Source: Octopus vulgaris (lineage: Eukaryota). From it: a stretch of DNA of 64,000 nt. The notes under the pieces are model-generated. The model did no database searches, was not told where the DNA came from, and was given only the letters and a program-made list of their open reading frames with translations. Position numbers and translations under genes: made by a program. Below are positions 1 to 13,540 of this stretch, in pieces. The stretch is taken from positions 48,608,001-48,672,000 of the forward strand of contig OX597836.1 of the NCBI GenBank assembly GCA_951406725.2. The letters run 5' to 3'. The number at the start of each line of letters is the position of its first letter. The first letter of the stretch is position 1.

Positions 1-1274
1 GGCTACCATGCCTGCAGCTCACTCTCTCTCTCTCTCTCTCTCTCTCAGTCACCAGACTGTGGCCATGCTGGAGCACCACTTTCAAGAATTTTAGTTGGAC
101 GGATTGACCCCAGTAGTTATTTTATTTTTAAACCTGGTTCTTATTCCATCAGTCTCTTTTGCCAAACTGCTAAGTTATGGGGACATAAACACACCAACAA
201 CGGTTGTCAAGCAGTGATAGGGGACAAACACATTTATATACAACAGGCTTCTTTCAGTTTCTATCTACAAAATCCACTCATAAGGCTTCAGTCGACCTGG
301 ATCTATAGTAGAAGACACTTGACTGAGCTGCCATGCAATGGGACTGAACCCAGAACCATGGGGTTGGCAAGCAAACTTCATGCCATCACTTTATCGTGCT
401 GCTACTGTGGAAATCTCTCAAAGTAAATTTGCATGCTAAGGGGGGGGGGGGGAATATGAGCAAGGGGGGACAACTATGCGTCTTTCTTGGTTTATCAAAC
501 TTCATCAGCTCAGTTTCGTCTGCAGAAGCTTTCCTGATCAGTTGGCAAAGATTTTTACAAATAGCTGAAGAGGTACAAATCATTTCTGTCCAATGTAATT
601 TGCATAATTAAAAAAAATCCAATGAAGAAAGGGAAATAACTCAATTGGACCAATGACATCATGAGTAAATAAGGGCCTATGCGCACACACACACACATAT
701 ATCTCTGATGGCTATCCACTCGTGACAGAGGAAAACCTTCACTGACCACTAACATTGTGCACTTAGACAAAATGATCTTTTACACTTGTGACTCTGCTAA
801 TGACTCACATCTGCACATATTGCAAACCAAGCTTCCTCCATTCACTACAATTTGTTTAAAATCTGCAAGTTTCTTCAAAAATGCCCTCTCCTTCCCCCAC
901 CTCTTCAACTGGTGGCAATGACAAGCATTGCTTTCCCAACTGACCACCCCTCTCTCCAGGCCTTCAAGAAGGACTATAAAATCCTTGGTTTCTGCTGGGG
1001 GTGCTTTCCACAAGTTCCCCATAGAGCATCTGTTACACACACGTGTGTGTGTGTGATGGATTCTCCCTTCACAGAAGACATTACCTGAACAGGTGCACTC
1101 TGTGCCATACATCAGGTGTCAAAGTGATTGCAAAGCAACAGGAGATGAGGTGCTTTACACCACCTGGTCTAGGAACTGAAACCATGTTCTGGCAATCATG
1201 AGTGCAACCCCCTAACCAGTAGGCCATGGGTCCAATCTCTCTTTCTCTCTCTCTATATATATATACATATATTT

Positions 1275-1600
1275 AGGGAGAGTTTACGAAAAATACAAAA
1301 GACGAAGACAGGTGGTGTACAAAACAAACAGTATAACACTAAAGGAATAGAAAAAGTCTTTTACGTTTTGAGCCTATGCTCTTCTACAGAAAGGGACACA
1401 GAAAAAAACAAGGAGAGAAAATATATATATAGGGAGAGTTTACGAAAAAAAACAAAAGACGAAGACAGGTGATGTACAAAACGAACAGATGTATTAGTAT
1501 AACGCTCAGGAATAGAAAAGGTCTTTTATGTTTCGAGCCTACGCTCTTCTACAGAAAAAAATGTGTGTAGTGGCTAACGATCTATCATGGCGACTGTATG
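1275..1600 (-). repeat. Two tandem ~155-bp units, each with a hammerhead-like motif, in TA context
   Basis: Unit starts AGGGAGAGTTTACGAAAA at 1275 and 1431; motifs at 1358-1393 and 1523-1557. Confidence 0.7.
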
Positions 1601-4600
1601 ATGGATATATATACATATATTTACACAATTAGCTTCTTTCAGTTTCAGTAGAAGTGATTTACCCCAAGTGCTACACAGTGAGACGGAACCTGAAACCAAG
1701 TGATGCGTTAACCAAACATCTTACCACACAGCCATGCCTGTTCCTAATTTGTTTTTTAATCATGGAATTAGAAAGAGAAGAGACAGAAGCAACATTTAAG
1801 TTTGTTAAAATTGATTTTTTGTTAAATATTTTTTTCCTTTTGAATTTTGAAATTTTTATTGTATTTAAATTTTATTTTAAACGATGTTCTAAAATAAAGA
1901 TAAAAAAAAAAAGAAACTGGAGTTCTCCCCCACCCCACCCCTTTACAATTTTCTCCCCTAACCGATTCCCCCCACCCACACCAGAGTAAAGCACTTTGAA
2001 GTACATGATGTCATTTTTATTAGTTTAGAATGATTATGTAATAATAATATTAATTGGATGACAGCAAAACAGAGAGAGATGTGTTATTGATGTGACATGC
2101 AAGTTGTAAAGGCGTGAAGCTGGAAAAATGTGACTTCAACGTAGGGTGGTGGTGATGGTGGTAGCAATAACAGAGAGGATGGAGTGAAGCATTGTGCTTA
2201 GAAGAAGTGCAGAGGTCAAGCATACCAGCTACATGAGTAGGTGTGGGTGTGTGCGTCTATCACCTGGATATATCATGATTGTTTTCGCATACATTCAGAG
2301 GAAAAGGTTCTACTCCCTTGCAGGTGTAATAGAAAAGTAGAGTGTAGGGGTGGAGGGCGTGATTAACTCCAGGGTGTGGGACTTGCATGAAGTGTTCCAA
2401 CGAAGACAGCTCCCATCCAATCCATCTCTGGAGGCATCACATATCTACAACTACATTATATATCCCTTCCATTTTTCTTATTTCTGAAGGGGATTTGGCT
2501 GTTGTTTCTAGTAGACAGAATGACCATATAAAGACTTTGTGTTGGCTGGTTTAACAGGTTTTATTAAGTGAAAGTGATGATGGTTGGTGTTGGTGTTAAG
2601 GCCAGTTGCATCTGCTTGAGCAACCAGGTCTGTGGGTGTGTCATCTAGTTGATGGCTTCCATAGGAACTTCCAGCTGAAGCCATCCTGGCCCCCTGTCTC
2701 CTGTTCAGGGCACACTGTTCCACTAAGTAAGGCTCAAAATGTGAAACCCTTATTGTAATGTTACTAAAAAGGCTGATCAAACAATCAGGGATTTCATGTA
2801 GTCCCTGTTTTCAAAATGGCAGGTTAAGTTGTTAAAAAAATCTTTTTATATTTTTTGTGAAAGGGGCCAAGGTAGCATATATGTTGTCTTGCAGGGCCCC
2901 TAAAACTGGTGTGAGGATAAAAATGAAGTAACATCCTCAAGTTAGAGGTCTGCATGCTTGCAACAGTGTTCAATGCACCAAGGGCCCTAGCAGTGATGTC
3001 AGACGAGGAAATGGGTCCAGACCCAACAACAATAAAGACAGGTGTGGAAGCACTTAGTGTTTTTACATCCATATTTCCATGCTAGCATGGGTTAGACGAC
3101 TATATATTATTGAGGAATTGTGTGATAGCCAGAGGCCCTTCATGTCACTAACCTTTACCAGTTTTTCACACATCTTTAGAGGTGCAAAGAAAAGAGAAAC
3201 TCATTGACAAGGGAAATGAGAGCAACATCACTGACGGGTGGAGTTTGGAGAAGCACAAACCGAAACACACACACACACACAAATGGGCTTCTTTCAGTTT
3301 CTGCCAACCAAATCCACTCAGTTCTATAGAAGAAGACACTGGGGTTGCGTAGCGAACTTAATCACAGAACCATTGTCTTTTCAATGCTGGTGGCACCTTT
3401 ATAAAAGCAGTTGGAAGATTTGTAGCTGTTCACGTGGGACGAGTTTAGATGCTAAAACGTCGAACAATGTTTGGATTTTCAATAATCCAGGCATAAAATG
3501 TAGTTGAAATCTATATACACATATGCAACCACTCACACACACCAACACACAAAAGTACAGTCACACATACACACACGCTTCTTCAGCCAAAATACTAAAT
3601 TAGTATAAATATTATTAATCAAAGTAGAAAATAGCTGCCAAATCTAAATCTTCTTTGGTAAAGTCAGTCTGTGACAGATTGGTTTTCACACAAGGATGTT
3701 GGTGGGTGTTGGAGTGATGGCCATAGTAGTAGTGGTGGTGGTGGAAGTAGTGATGGTAGTGGTAGAAGGAATGATAGTGGTGATGGTATTATTATTATTA
3801 TTATTGAGTGAGAGAGCAGTGCATGCCATCAAGCGATGCTGGGGTACAAATCTATGAAGCCCAGTATACCCATCATGATTACCCGTCTGATAAGGGTACA
3901 CCAGGTACATGCATCACAACCATAAGTGTGTGGCATGGTGGTCTCCCATCAAAATAAACAATGCATGACTTTGCAGATGGGGCCCAGTTAGAATTTTCTT
4001 CAGGACGAGTGGCCCACCCTGCTCAAAAGGTTTAAGGACCCATGTTTCCAGGGATTAATTATTCAAACCCCAAACAATTATTATTAGTAGTATTAGTATT
4101 ATTATTATTAGTAGTAGCAGTGATGTTGTTTAGACCCAAGTCATCAAACAGGCCAATGATTTGAGGCATTCCAGCCATGATCATCCTGTCTTAGTTTTAG
4201 AGATAGGTAAAAACTGCATTATCTAATGTATCCTCTCATTATCTATGACATTAATGAGTGAGATTTTAAGAGCTGTTTTTAACTGCTATTTCTAGCAGAT
4301 CAAATGACCACGTAGACACCAGACTCTTTTACTGTTGTTACCCTGGGTCCAATAAGGGACACACAAATTGAAAATACCACCACCACCACCACCATCATCA
4401 TCATCATCTCCTAGCCACCTTTTGAAGTGAGTCCTTGTTTGATATCAGTTGTTAGTGTTGTTGCCATAGTGATGCAGCTTCCCTCAGCTAACGATAACGA
4501 ATGAAGAATTAAGAGACTAAAGATTATCTTCCATTCCACCTCACCCATATTGGACTCCAGTCAGCTGTGCCTCCCTCTGCACTCTTTCGAGATGATTCTT

Positions 4601-4880
4601 CTTCCTCTTCTCCTTTGCTTCAACTCTGGATTAATTAATTAATTAGAACCATTTTACATAACATTTTTCCCTTTGTTTAAAGTGTTTTGGGTGAACGAAG
4701 GATTTCCCACGTAATGCAAAGTGCAATTTGTGATCAAAGAACGGGAGTAGAAGTGAAGAGAGCTGTGCATTCAAGTGACAAAGTGAGATTGTATAAAAGT
4801 ATGGTGTGTATATACGTGTGCGTATATATATTTATATGCATTATATATATTTGCTTTTACTCCAATCTATTTGCATCATA

Positions 4881-5101
4881 TGAGAGGGTGGGGCTGAAAA
4901 GTTCCCGTCTTTGGGTAAAAAAAAAATAGAGGAGGATCAGTTAATTATGGTTTTATTAAACATATTCTCCTCTCAGATTCACACATTTATTGCAGAGGTC
5001 CTTCAGTTTTTCTAAGCCTTGTAAAAAAAAATCAGAAGTTGGGCCTCCTACCATGCCTTCTGCAATACCCTTAAAGCCAGGAACTTTTCAACACTCCCTC
5101 G
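4881..5101. mobile_element. Mariner-type MITE (second copy 50025-50230)
   Basis: TIRs GAGGG..GCTGAAAAGTTCC / GGAACTTTTCA..CCCTC in TA context; two homologous copies. Confidence 0.8.
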
Positions 5102-6741
5102 CACATATATATATATATATATATACACATACACACATACATACAAATATGTATGTACACACATATATATGGATATGTTCGGTCATCAATAAGTTGTTAA
5201 ATGAATGGCTGGATATGGATGCACATCACCACCCTTCGCAGAACAAACAAACAAAAATATCAAATACATAAAAAAGCAGGATTATAAAAAATGTTGTTTT
5301 TGAGACATTTTGTCCATTTTTTTGAAAAATAATTAAAAAATTTAATGTTTTTTTTTTTTTGTTGGTGAGGGGACAGGGAGATTGTGAGGGTGAGGTCAGT
5401 TACTCAAATCCCTTTTTTCTTTTGATATAAAATTTCTTTGGAGAAAAAATTTTTTTTTAAATTTTATATTTTATCATTAAATATTGTTATGCTTTTTAAA
5501 AACGTCATATATATATATATATGTGTGTGTGTGTGTATGCATACATACAAATATATTACAAACATGTATATATATATATATATTTATACATGCATATATA
5601 TATATATATAATCATTATAAATGGTTAGTCTGTGTGTGTTGTGAATATTTTTTTCCTTTTGTTTTTCTTTTTTCTTCTTGAAATCATACTGCAGAATGAG
5701 AGCCCCCACCTCCTTTTCCATCAAAAATTCAGCACGATCCTCCCCACCCTCACCAACCAAACCAAACTGTACTTTTAATATTCCATGAGATTAAAAACAC
5801 ACGCCCACACACAAACTCCTCTTTGAGGGCCAATTTTGCACATCGTATAAACTGTGTTTCTACTCTTTTCCTTCACTGCGGTCAGTCAGGTCATCTCAGT
5901 GCACCTTGAACAAACCCAGATCACAGAAGGTGGGAGAAAAGAAAGGAAGGAAGGACAAGACATATATGTGAAGGTTAGGGTACAGAGAGGTCCGGGTATC
6001 TTGCCCAATGACACTTCATTTACGTCGGTGGTCAAGACAGCATCATCATCAACAACATCATTTTAATGTCCATTTGTCCATGCTTGCCTGGGTCAGATGA
6101 AATTTGCTGTGGCAGATTTTCTATGGTTGGATGCTCTTCCTGTCATCAGCTCTCACCTTTTCCCAAAGAAGGAAATACTTCTTTGACCCCTTCAAACATA
6201 AACAGCAAAATGGCTGGACATGTTTTTGAAGGAGACTGACAACAAACGACACAGCTCGTATGACAATGACGTTTGTTTGCAATCAGCAGACCATGTCGAA
6301 ATCGAGAACCATGAACACACACCCACACACATTGCAACTGGCCTCTTCCGCTGTCTACCGAAAGCTTTGGTTGGTCTGTGATTTTGGCAGCAGGCGCTGT
6401 GCAATGGGACTGAACTGGAAACCATGCAGTTGCAAAGCAAACTCCGCCAACACAGCCATGCCATCTCCCACCAAGTTCTTAATTATCAAAAGTGCAAAGA
6501 GCTGATGAAAGGATAGTCAGGTGCATTGCTGTAAGCAGCAGTAGCCGCAGCAGCAGCAGAAGTGTTGCATGTTGAGTTGAATACCTGATGAGTCTGAACG
6601 AGATGAGGGAGGTGAGCTACATGCAACTGTCCATCCAGGGGAACAGTTATTTCTCATCCATTTAACACTATTAAAACCAGGTTGGTGTGCCAGCTGCTTT
6701 TATGGATCTTATGGTCAAGATGGAAAAGAAAAAAAAAAGGC

Positions 6742-6775
<34 letters not shown>

Positions 6776-6969
6776 GAGGAGGACATGTTATTCTCGTAAT
6801 GTTGTTGTAAATGTACAATGTCAACATTTATGGCTGAACTCCCTGTAGTGTTTCATTCAGCAATATGTCGCTTTAAGAGAAGAGCCTAAAACTCAGCCAT
6901 CCTAACAGAGAGACTATTTTACTGGATGAGAAGTGAGGGTGTTCATCAAGAGACGAGATATTAAAGTGA

Positions 6970-7055
6970 AGACCCTGAAGAAACTGCACCAGTGTTATTG
7001 TAAGGTCGCAATTTCAATGATTACTGATCGGTGCAGTCGAAACACGTGTAGGTCT
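6970..7055 (+). ncRNA. Type I hammerhead ribozyme with palindromic helix III
   Basis: AGACC-CUGAAGA-stem II (ACUGCACC/GGUGCAGU with extended loop)-GAAA-CACGUG-UA-GGUCU; stem I 5 bp; predicted cleavage after 7050; the 10.1-11.1 pair is A-C. Confidence 0.75.
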
Positions 7056-7079
7056 ATTTAAGGATGATTCTATTTATAT

Positions 7080-7112
<33 letters not shown>

Positions 7113-7883
7113 AATATAAATAAAGCAATTAAAAGCAATGCTAATGCTACTTCGTAATAATCCTTTTTATGACTAATTATTATTATTATTATTATTATTA
7201 TATAAATATATTCCACAAATATATTCAACATTGGTAGTCTTCTGTGTGGAAACTACAAGGAAATGCAACTGGACTTGGCACCCATTTCTTGTTAACTTCT
7301 CAAAACCATTTTCAGATTTTGGTGCTATGGAAAACTGATCCATGTTAATGCCACATAAAAACCGCAATGCTGGTTCCCCATTGAAGGCCCCTCGAACACT
7401 CTGTAAAGTGGTTGGGATTAGGAAGGAGATCCAGCTGTAGAAACCATGCCAAGTGAGGCCTGGTGCAGCTCTCCAGTCTTGCCAATCCCTTATCAAAGCA
7501 TCCAAACCAAGCCAGTATGGACAACGGACATTAAATGAGGACAATGAAAACCTTCGTTTCGCTCTTTTCCGCTGACACTCAACAAACTGAAAACTTCCAC
7601 ACCATGTTTCACAATTTCCATTCTCTCCACGCCCTCAGCTTATTTTCTACAAAAAGGGAGAATAAAGGATCGAACATGTCTGACTGTGGCCCTCACTCAC
7701 ACTCACACTCACACACAAGAAATGGAACACTTTCACTCCACATCCCCCACCCTCACTCATCACATTGGCCACTTTCACTCAATGCTCTACTGCCTCCTCT
7801 CCCTCCTCCTCCTCTTATAAACGTTTCCCTTCCACCTCCACCCACACTTGCACTCTCCCCTACCCTGTTCCCTTTGTCATTTG

Positions 7884-7986
7884 TTAGACCATTCCAAATC
7901 CTTGGTTGCCTTCATTAATTGCTATCATTAGGGCTTTGTGGAATTTGTCGATAGAATCATAATCTGGTAGACACAACTGGTTGAAG
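7884..7986 (-). CDS. AREL1: AREL1-like exon 19 (last coding exon)
   Basis: (C)FNQLCLPDYDSIDKFHKALMIAINEGNQGFGMV*; HECT C-terminal Phe at -4; TAA at 7884-7886. Confidence 0.97.
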
Positions 7987-8941
7987 CTGAAAGAGACAAG
8001 AAATAAAGTTCAGTAATAATAATAAGAACAACAACAACAATAATAATAATAATAATAATAATGATGATGATGATGATAATAATAATGATGCAGTACCAGG
8101 CAATGGCTCTCATGGCTTCTGATCTTAACTGATTGGAAGTGTTATCATGTACATTGTTTTGTCTTGGTATAAAAGATGGGCTACAGCAAATATTCTGCTC
8201 AATACCACAGATTTGCTTGTCAGTTGTTTGACCTTAACCAGTTGACCATGTCCCTTAGTCGCTGATGATCTCTGATCACGAGCAGGAGTAGTGGGGGAGC
8301 ATCATAGCCATGTGTTGAAAGGAATTCTTAGAGGTTTGGATAATTCACCTTTGGAAACATGGGTGGTTCGTTCAACATCCTTAAACAACCCTTATTCAGG
8401 GACCTTTTGAGTGGGATGGGTTACTTGACCAGAAGAAAATTCTAACTGGGCCCCACCTGCAAGTTCATGTGCTGTTTATCATGTTATGAGATCGCCATGT
8501 CGTGCACATGTGGTTGTGATGCATGTGCCTGGTGTACCCTTATCAGACGGGTAGTCATGATGGGTATACTGGGCTTTGTATATTTTACCCCAGTGTCACT
8601 TTGATGGCATGCACTGCTCTCTCACTCAATAATAATAATTTATTCTTTTATTGGCCACAAGGGCTAACATAAAAGCAACGTGAAATGACAAAACAGGACG
8701 ATAGAAAGTGTTTTAGAACGTGTAAATAAAATAACAAAGAATAATCCTTTCTACTACAGGCATTTAGGGGGAGAATGCGATAATAGATTATGTTGACACC
8801 AGTACTCAACTGGTATTTGTTTTATCAACCTTAAAAGGATGAAAGGCAAAGTCAACCTTGTGCAATTTGAACCCAGAATGTAAAGACAGATGAAATACTG
8901 CCAAGCCTTTCGCCTGGCAACAATTCTGCCAGCTCACAGCC

Positions 8942-8973
<32 letters not shown>

Positions 8974-9590
8974 TGAGTGACAACCAGGAGAAATGAGTGG
9001 GTTTGCAGCTTGGAACCTGCAGAAGCTGTCCAACTGAGTCATTGGGCACTGGACAGATGGACTGGGGGGGTCTGGTTCAATCTGGAGCTCCAGATGGACA
9101 AAAACTGGGATGAGATAATAATGATAACAAAGGGTACAGTGATCCCATTTCTAAATCAAGATGGATATAAAGATAGACACAGGCATGAGAATGCAGTTAA
9201 GGAATTTGCATCCTAACCACATGGTTTGAAGTTCAATCACAGTCTGCAGCACTTTGGACAGTGTCTTCTACTATAACCCAGGGCCAACCAATGCTTTGTA
9301 AGTGGATTTCATAGATGGAAACTGAAAGAAGTTTCTGTCTGTCTGTGTGTTTGTTTACATTTGTGCTTTGTTGAAAAAAAAATCACCTCTCTATGGCAGA
9401 ACAAAATGACCCTTAATTCCTTTACTTGAAAAATAGACAAGGGTTAGCAACAAGAAGAGCACCCAGCTGTCAAACAACACCTCAGTAAATTATCCATCTA
9501 ACCCATGCTAGAATGGGGAAAAAACATGAACACACACCAACACATACACACACAAACACACACACACACACACATGCAGTTTTAACTCAC

Positions 9591-9766
9591 CAGGTATGTG
9601 CAGTTGGTAATGTGTTAAATGTGGGAGCAGCAGTGATTTGAAACTTGGGGTTCAGCTCTGAAAATCCTCCTGGTGGCAACTGGGAACAACCTGTGGTGAA
9701 TTGCAGAAGTCTGGCCATTTGTTCTTCAGTGAAGCTGGCAACAATTGTCCAAAACCAATCGAGCAC
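9591..9766 (-). CDS. AREL1: AREL1-like exon 18 (HECT C-lobe)
   Basis: VLDWFWTIVASFTEEQMARLLQFTTGCSQLPPGGF...LPTAHT-TG; the catalytic Cys codon is split TG|C by the intron. Confidence 0.97.
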
Positions 9767-10897
9767 CTGCAGAAATCAATGATGAGGTTTTTACACAAAT
9801 ATTACAAACGACAGACATTTTATTGCAACAAGTTTTACCTTTCTCTTTCTTTACTCTTGTCTTGGGAACTGCATGGCAAAACATCACAAGTGCCAGAGAC
9901 ATGAAGAAATGCAATCCATGTACAATTGTAAAGTGGTTGGCATTAGGAAGGGCTTGAATCTGTAGAGACCAACACAAAACTGACGCTGGGACCTGATGCA
10001 GTCTTGCAGTTGGTCACATCCTGTCAACCTGTCCGACCCATGCCAGGATGGAAAATGGATGTTAAATGATGTTGATGGTAACAGTAGACATTTGGGGAGG
10101 AAAGAAAGAAAAATGTCAATGGGAAAATGGCTTTGATATTAATGTTGATTAACAGATTAATTATCTTTATATTATATTTCGAAGGTGTACTTGCCGGGCA
10201 GGTGATTTGATCTGAGATGATGAATTGAAATTAAAACACAGTGTGGGAGAAGCATGTTAGCCAGTTGAAAAATGTTCAAAAACTGTTCATTTCACTTCAA
10301 TATTTATTGTTTGGTGTCAAAATGTTTGTTGTTTTGTGTTATAATCTTTTATTTTGTCTTTTTGAGAAATACAACAGGAATTTCATTTCTTGGAACAAAA
10401 ATTAGGTAAATGTTAGTGGACATGTGGAGAGGTGTTCAATGCTAACAAATGCTAAGCAGAAATGCTCTGTAGATATTTATAGAGCCTAAAGGGGAGGTGT
10501 GGCTGTGTGGTTGAGAAGGTTGCTTCCCAGCCATGTGGTTTCTGGGTCCAATCCCACTGTGTGGCTCCATTGGGGAAATGGCTTTTACTATAGCCCCAGG
10601 TCAACCAAAGTTTTGTGAGTGGATTTGCTAGATGGAAACTGTGTGGAAGCCCATTGTATATGTGTGTGTGTGTGTGTGTGGGAGGTTGTTATTGTTGTTG
10701 AAGGCTGACTCAGAGTTAAAAAACAACAACATGTGTTATGTTAACCCAAAACCATCTTGACCCATCATCTGATGTATTACTACTTTGGCCTACCTGCACT
10801 CGGGGTCAAACAACAACATCCAATTTGATCCAGCTAGACCCAGGGTTACACAACAACAATAACCACAAAATATGTAATGTATTACCTCCCACCCCCC

Positions 10898-11170
10898 TCA
10901 TCATCATCGTTTAACGTCTGTTTTCCATGCTGGCATGGAAAATGGACAGTTTGACTGAGGTCTGGGATGGTTCGACTGGGGTGTGGGAAGTCAGGAGGCT
11001 GCACCAGGCTCCAATCTGTTCTGGCAGTGTTTCTACAGTTGGATGCCCTTCCTAACACCAACCACTCCATGAGTGTAGTGGGTACTTTTTTTACGTGTCA
11101 CTGACACAGGGGCCAGAGGGGGCTGGCATCGACCACAATCGGATGGTGCTTTTTATGTGCCAAAAGCACG
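10898..11170 (-). repeat. Retroposon 3' end with (ATG)n tail, RTE-like (representative of many copies)
   Basis: Recurrent CATCATCAT..TTTTCCATGCTGGCATGG...GGATGCCCTTCC motif throughout the window. Confidence 0.6.
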
Positions 11171-11171
11171 G

Positions 11172-11213
<42 letters not shown>

Positions 11214-11232
11214 AGAAATATGAGACACTTAC

Positions 11233-11319
11233 TTTGCCAAAGGCTGGAGATGTGCCACATACAGAGTGGTGTTGTCTGAAGTCAGTTATACTGTAGTTGC
11301 CTGTACCACACATTAATAG
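11233..11319 (-). CDS. AREL1: AREL1-like exon 17 (HECT hinge)
   Basis: LLMCGTGNYSITDFRQHHSVCGTSPAFGK; CAG/GTAAGT. Confidence 0.95.
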
Positions 11320-12923
11320 CTGAAACAACAACAAAGAGACACATTGACTTTGTAAATAAACGATCTGGTGTGCTTATTTTAATGGCCTACCAATGTACAC
11401 AGGGAGTGTCTTTGCCCTAGGTGTTGGGAAGACACTCAGCAAGAAATGGAAACAAAATTGAATGAAGAAGCAAAACACAATAATAATAATAATAATAATA
11501 TAGAATAGCATTCAATATGGTGAGAGATATAGAGTGGTGTGTCTTGACTAAGGTTTAACATTTTACCACAGATTCACAATAATGGTGTTAGGCTTGTTGA
11601 CACCTTCATTTGCAGGAGGGAGATCTGAGCCCTTACAGCCGAGTAGGGTTACTTGGATAAAGTTCAACCCATTTTGTAATTATATTTCCTTTGAAATCTG
11701 TTGCCCTTGTGTCAAGAATTTCATAAAACCGCTCAGCCATTTTGAAGATGATATTTTGGAATAAAAAAGACAACTTGAAAGGTTTTCATTCAGATCATTT
11801 GAAAACAGGAATTTTCCATCATAGAACCAGAGGTGGTCATGGATGGGTTGGTATTAGAAAAGTTAACCCTTTAGCATTCAGATTGTCAAGTGTAATCCTT
11901 ATTTATTCTTATTGTTTTCAATTAATCTGCATTTTCTCACAGCTTTCAGATCTCAATGATGTGATTGTTTATTTTTAGAATGACATTGCAGGGTCAGGGT
12001 AAGAGGCCGGATAAAGCCAGTTTTGAACATAAAAACAGCTGGAATATTAGGGTTGGATATGGCCAGGTCAAACACTAAAGGGTCAAGCCATTAAACAAAC
12101 AATACTCCTGCTGCTACATTACATTGATACAGTCATGTAGAGTGGTGTTTCTTGTCTAACGGTTTAGTCTTTTAGCATTCAAAATAGTTATGGCATTATA
12201 TATATATATATACATATATATATATTTCTCAGACATGGCTGCAGGGATAAAAAAAGTTGGTCCCCGACTAGATGGTCCCCAACTAGATGGTCCTAGGTTC
12301 AGTCCCATGGTGTGACACCTTGGACAAGTGTCTTTTCCTACAGCCCCAGGTGACCAGGGTCTTGTGAATGGATTTTGTAAACAGAAATTGAATTAAGCCC
12401 ATTGTGTGTGTGTGTGTGTGTGTGCATGAGTGTGTGTGTGTACACAAGTACAGAATGGTTATGTGGCTAAGTAGTGTGCTTTGCAATCACTCAGCTACAG
12501 GTTCAATCCCTCCTCATGGCACTTGTACAAGTGACTTTTTACCAGTTTTCAGTCTACTGATGCCTTGTGAGTGGAATTGGTGAGATGAAAACTGTGCAGA
12601 AGCCCATCAAATAGATTGTACTCCTGTAATTCAAAGGTCCACCCAGATCCCTACCAGTAACCCCCCTGCTCCAAATAACTGGAAGAACTGAAGTGATGTG
12701 ATCACAAATATAATAAAACCCCTCAAGTTGATATGAGAAGGTGTAGCCTCTGTTATTTGACTGGCAAGAACTAGCAGCCAAATGCCCTTCAAATCACTAC
12801 ACCAACTATCAGCTTAAAAATGGAACAACATCTTGGACAATTCAGTCCAAGACATATATATATATATGGGATGGTCATGGTTGGAACATGTTTGATTTGA
12901 GATAAAGGCCAACATGGAAATAA

Positions 12924-12985
<62 letters not shown>

Positions 12986-13094
12986 GTAGATTTGAACTCT
13001 TGTCATATGGGGCAGGTAGTTGAATAGGTGATCCCCTTGGTGGTTTTTACTTTGCAAGGGGCTGTATAGTAACGCCCCCCCCCTCCTCACTCAC

Positions 13095-13283
13095 CTCAAG
13101 TTCATTCTCGTCAAAGATACTCAACAGGTTGTCAGGAATGAGTTCATTGAGGCCCCGCAGGAAGCTGTCCACTTCCTCTTTCACCGATGCCGAAAGTCGA
13201 TGTTCAGCAAGGAGATCCAGGTACCAGAGTTTGTTTTTGTTGGTCACCAGAGTCTTGGAACCGTTTGGAATGAGATCGACAAC
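13095..13283 (-). CDS. AREL1: AREL1-like exon 16 (HECT)
   Basis: VVDLIPNGSKTLVTNKNK...FLRGLNELIPDNLLSIFDENELE; CAG/GTGAGT. Confidence 0.97.
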
Positions 13284-13349
13284 CTGAAAGAGATGGAAGA
13301 GATCTTCACCTGTAATACTGAAGATGATGATGATGATGATGGGGGGGGG

Positions 13350-13540
13350 GGGGTTGTAGAGAGTGGTGGTGGTGGTGATGATGGAGGGGTAGAGAGTGGT
13401 GGTGGTGATGGAGGGGTAGAAAGTGGTGGTGGTGGTGATGATGGAGGGGTAGAAAGTGGTGGTGGTGGTGATGATGGAGGGGTAGAAAGTGGTGGTGGTG
13501 GTGATGATGGTGGGGTAGAAAGTGGTGGTGGTGGTGATAA
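13350..13540. repeat. ~30-bp G-rich minisatellite
   Basis: About six copies of GATGATGGAGGGGTAGAAAGTGGTGGTGGT. Confidence 0.9.

Noticed and set aside
2508-3072. Two minus-strand ORFs of 82-90 aa
   Set aside because: No motifs or splice support; lengths expected by chance
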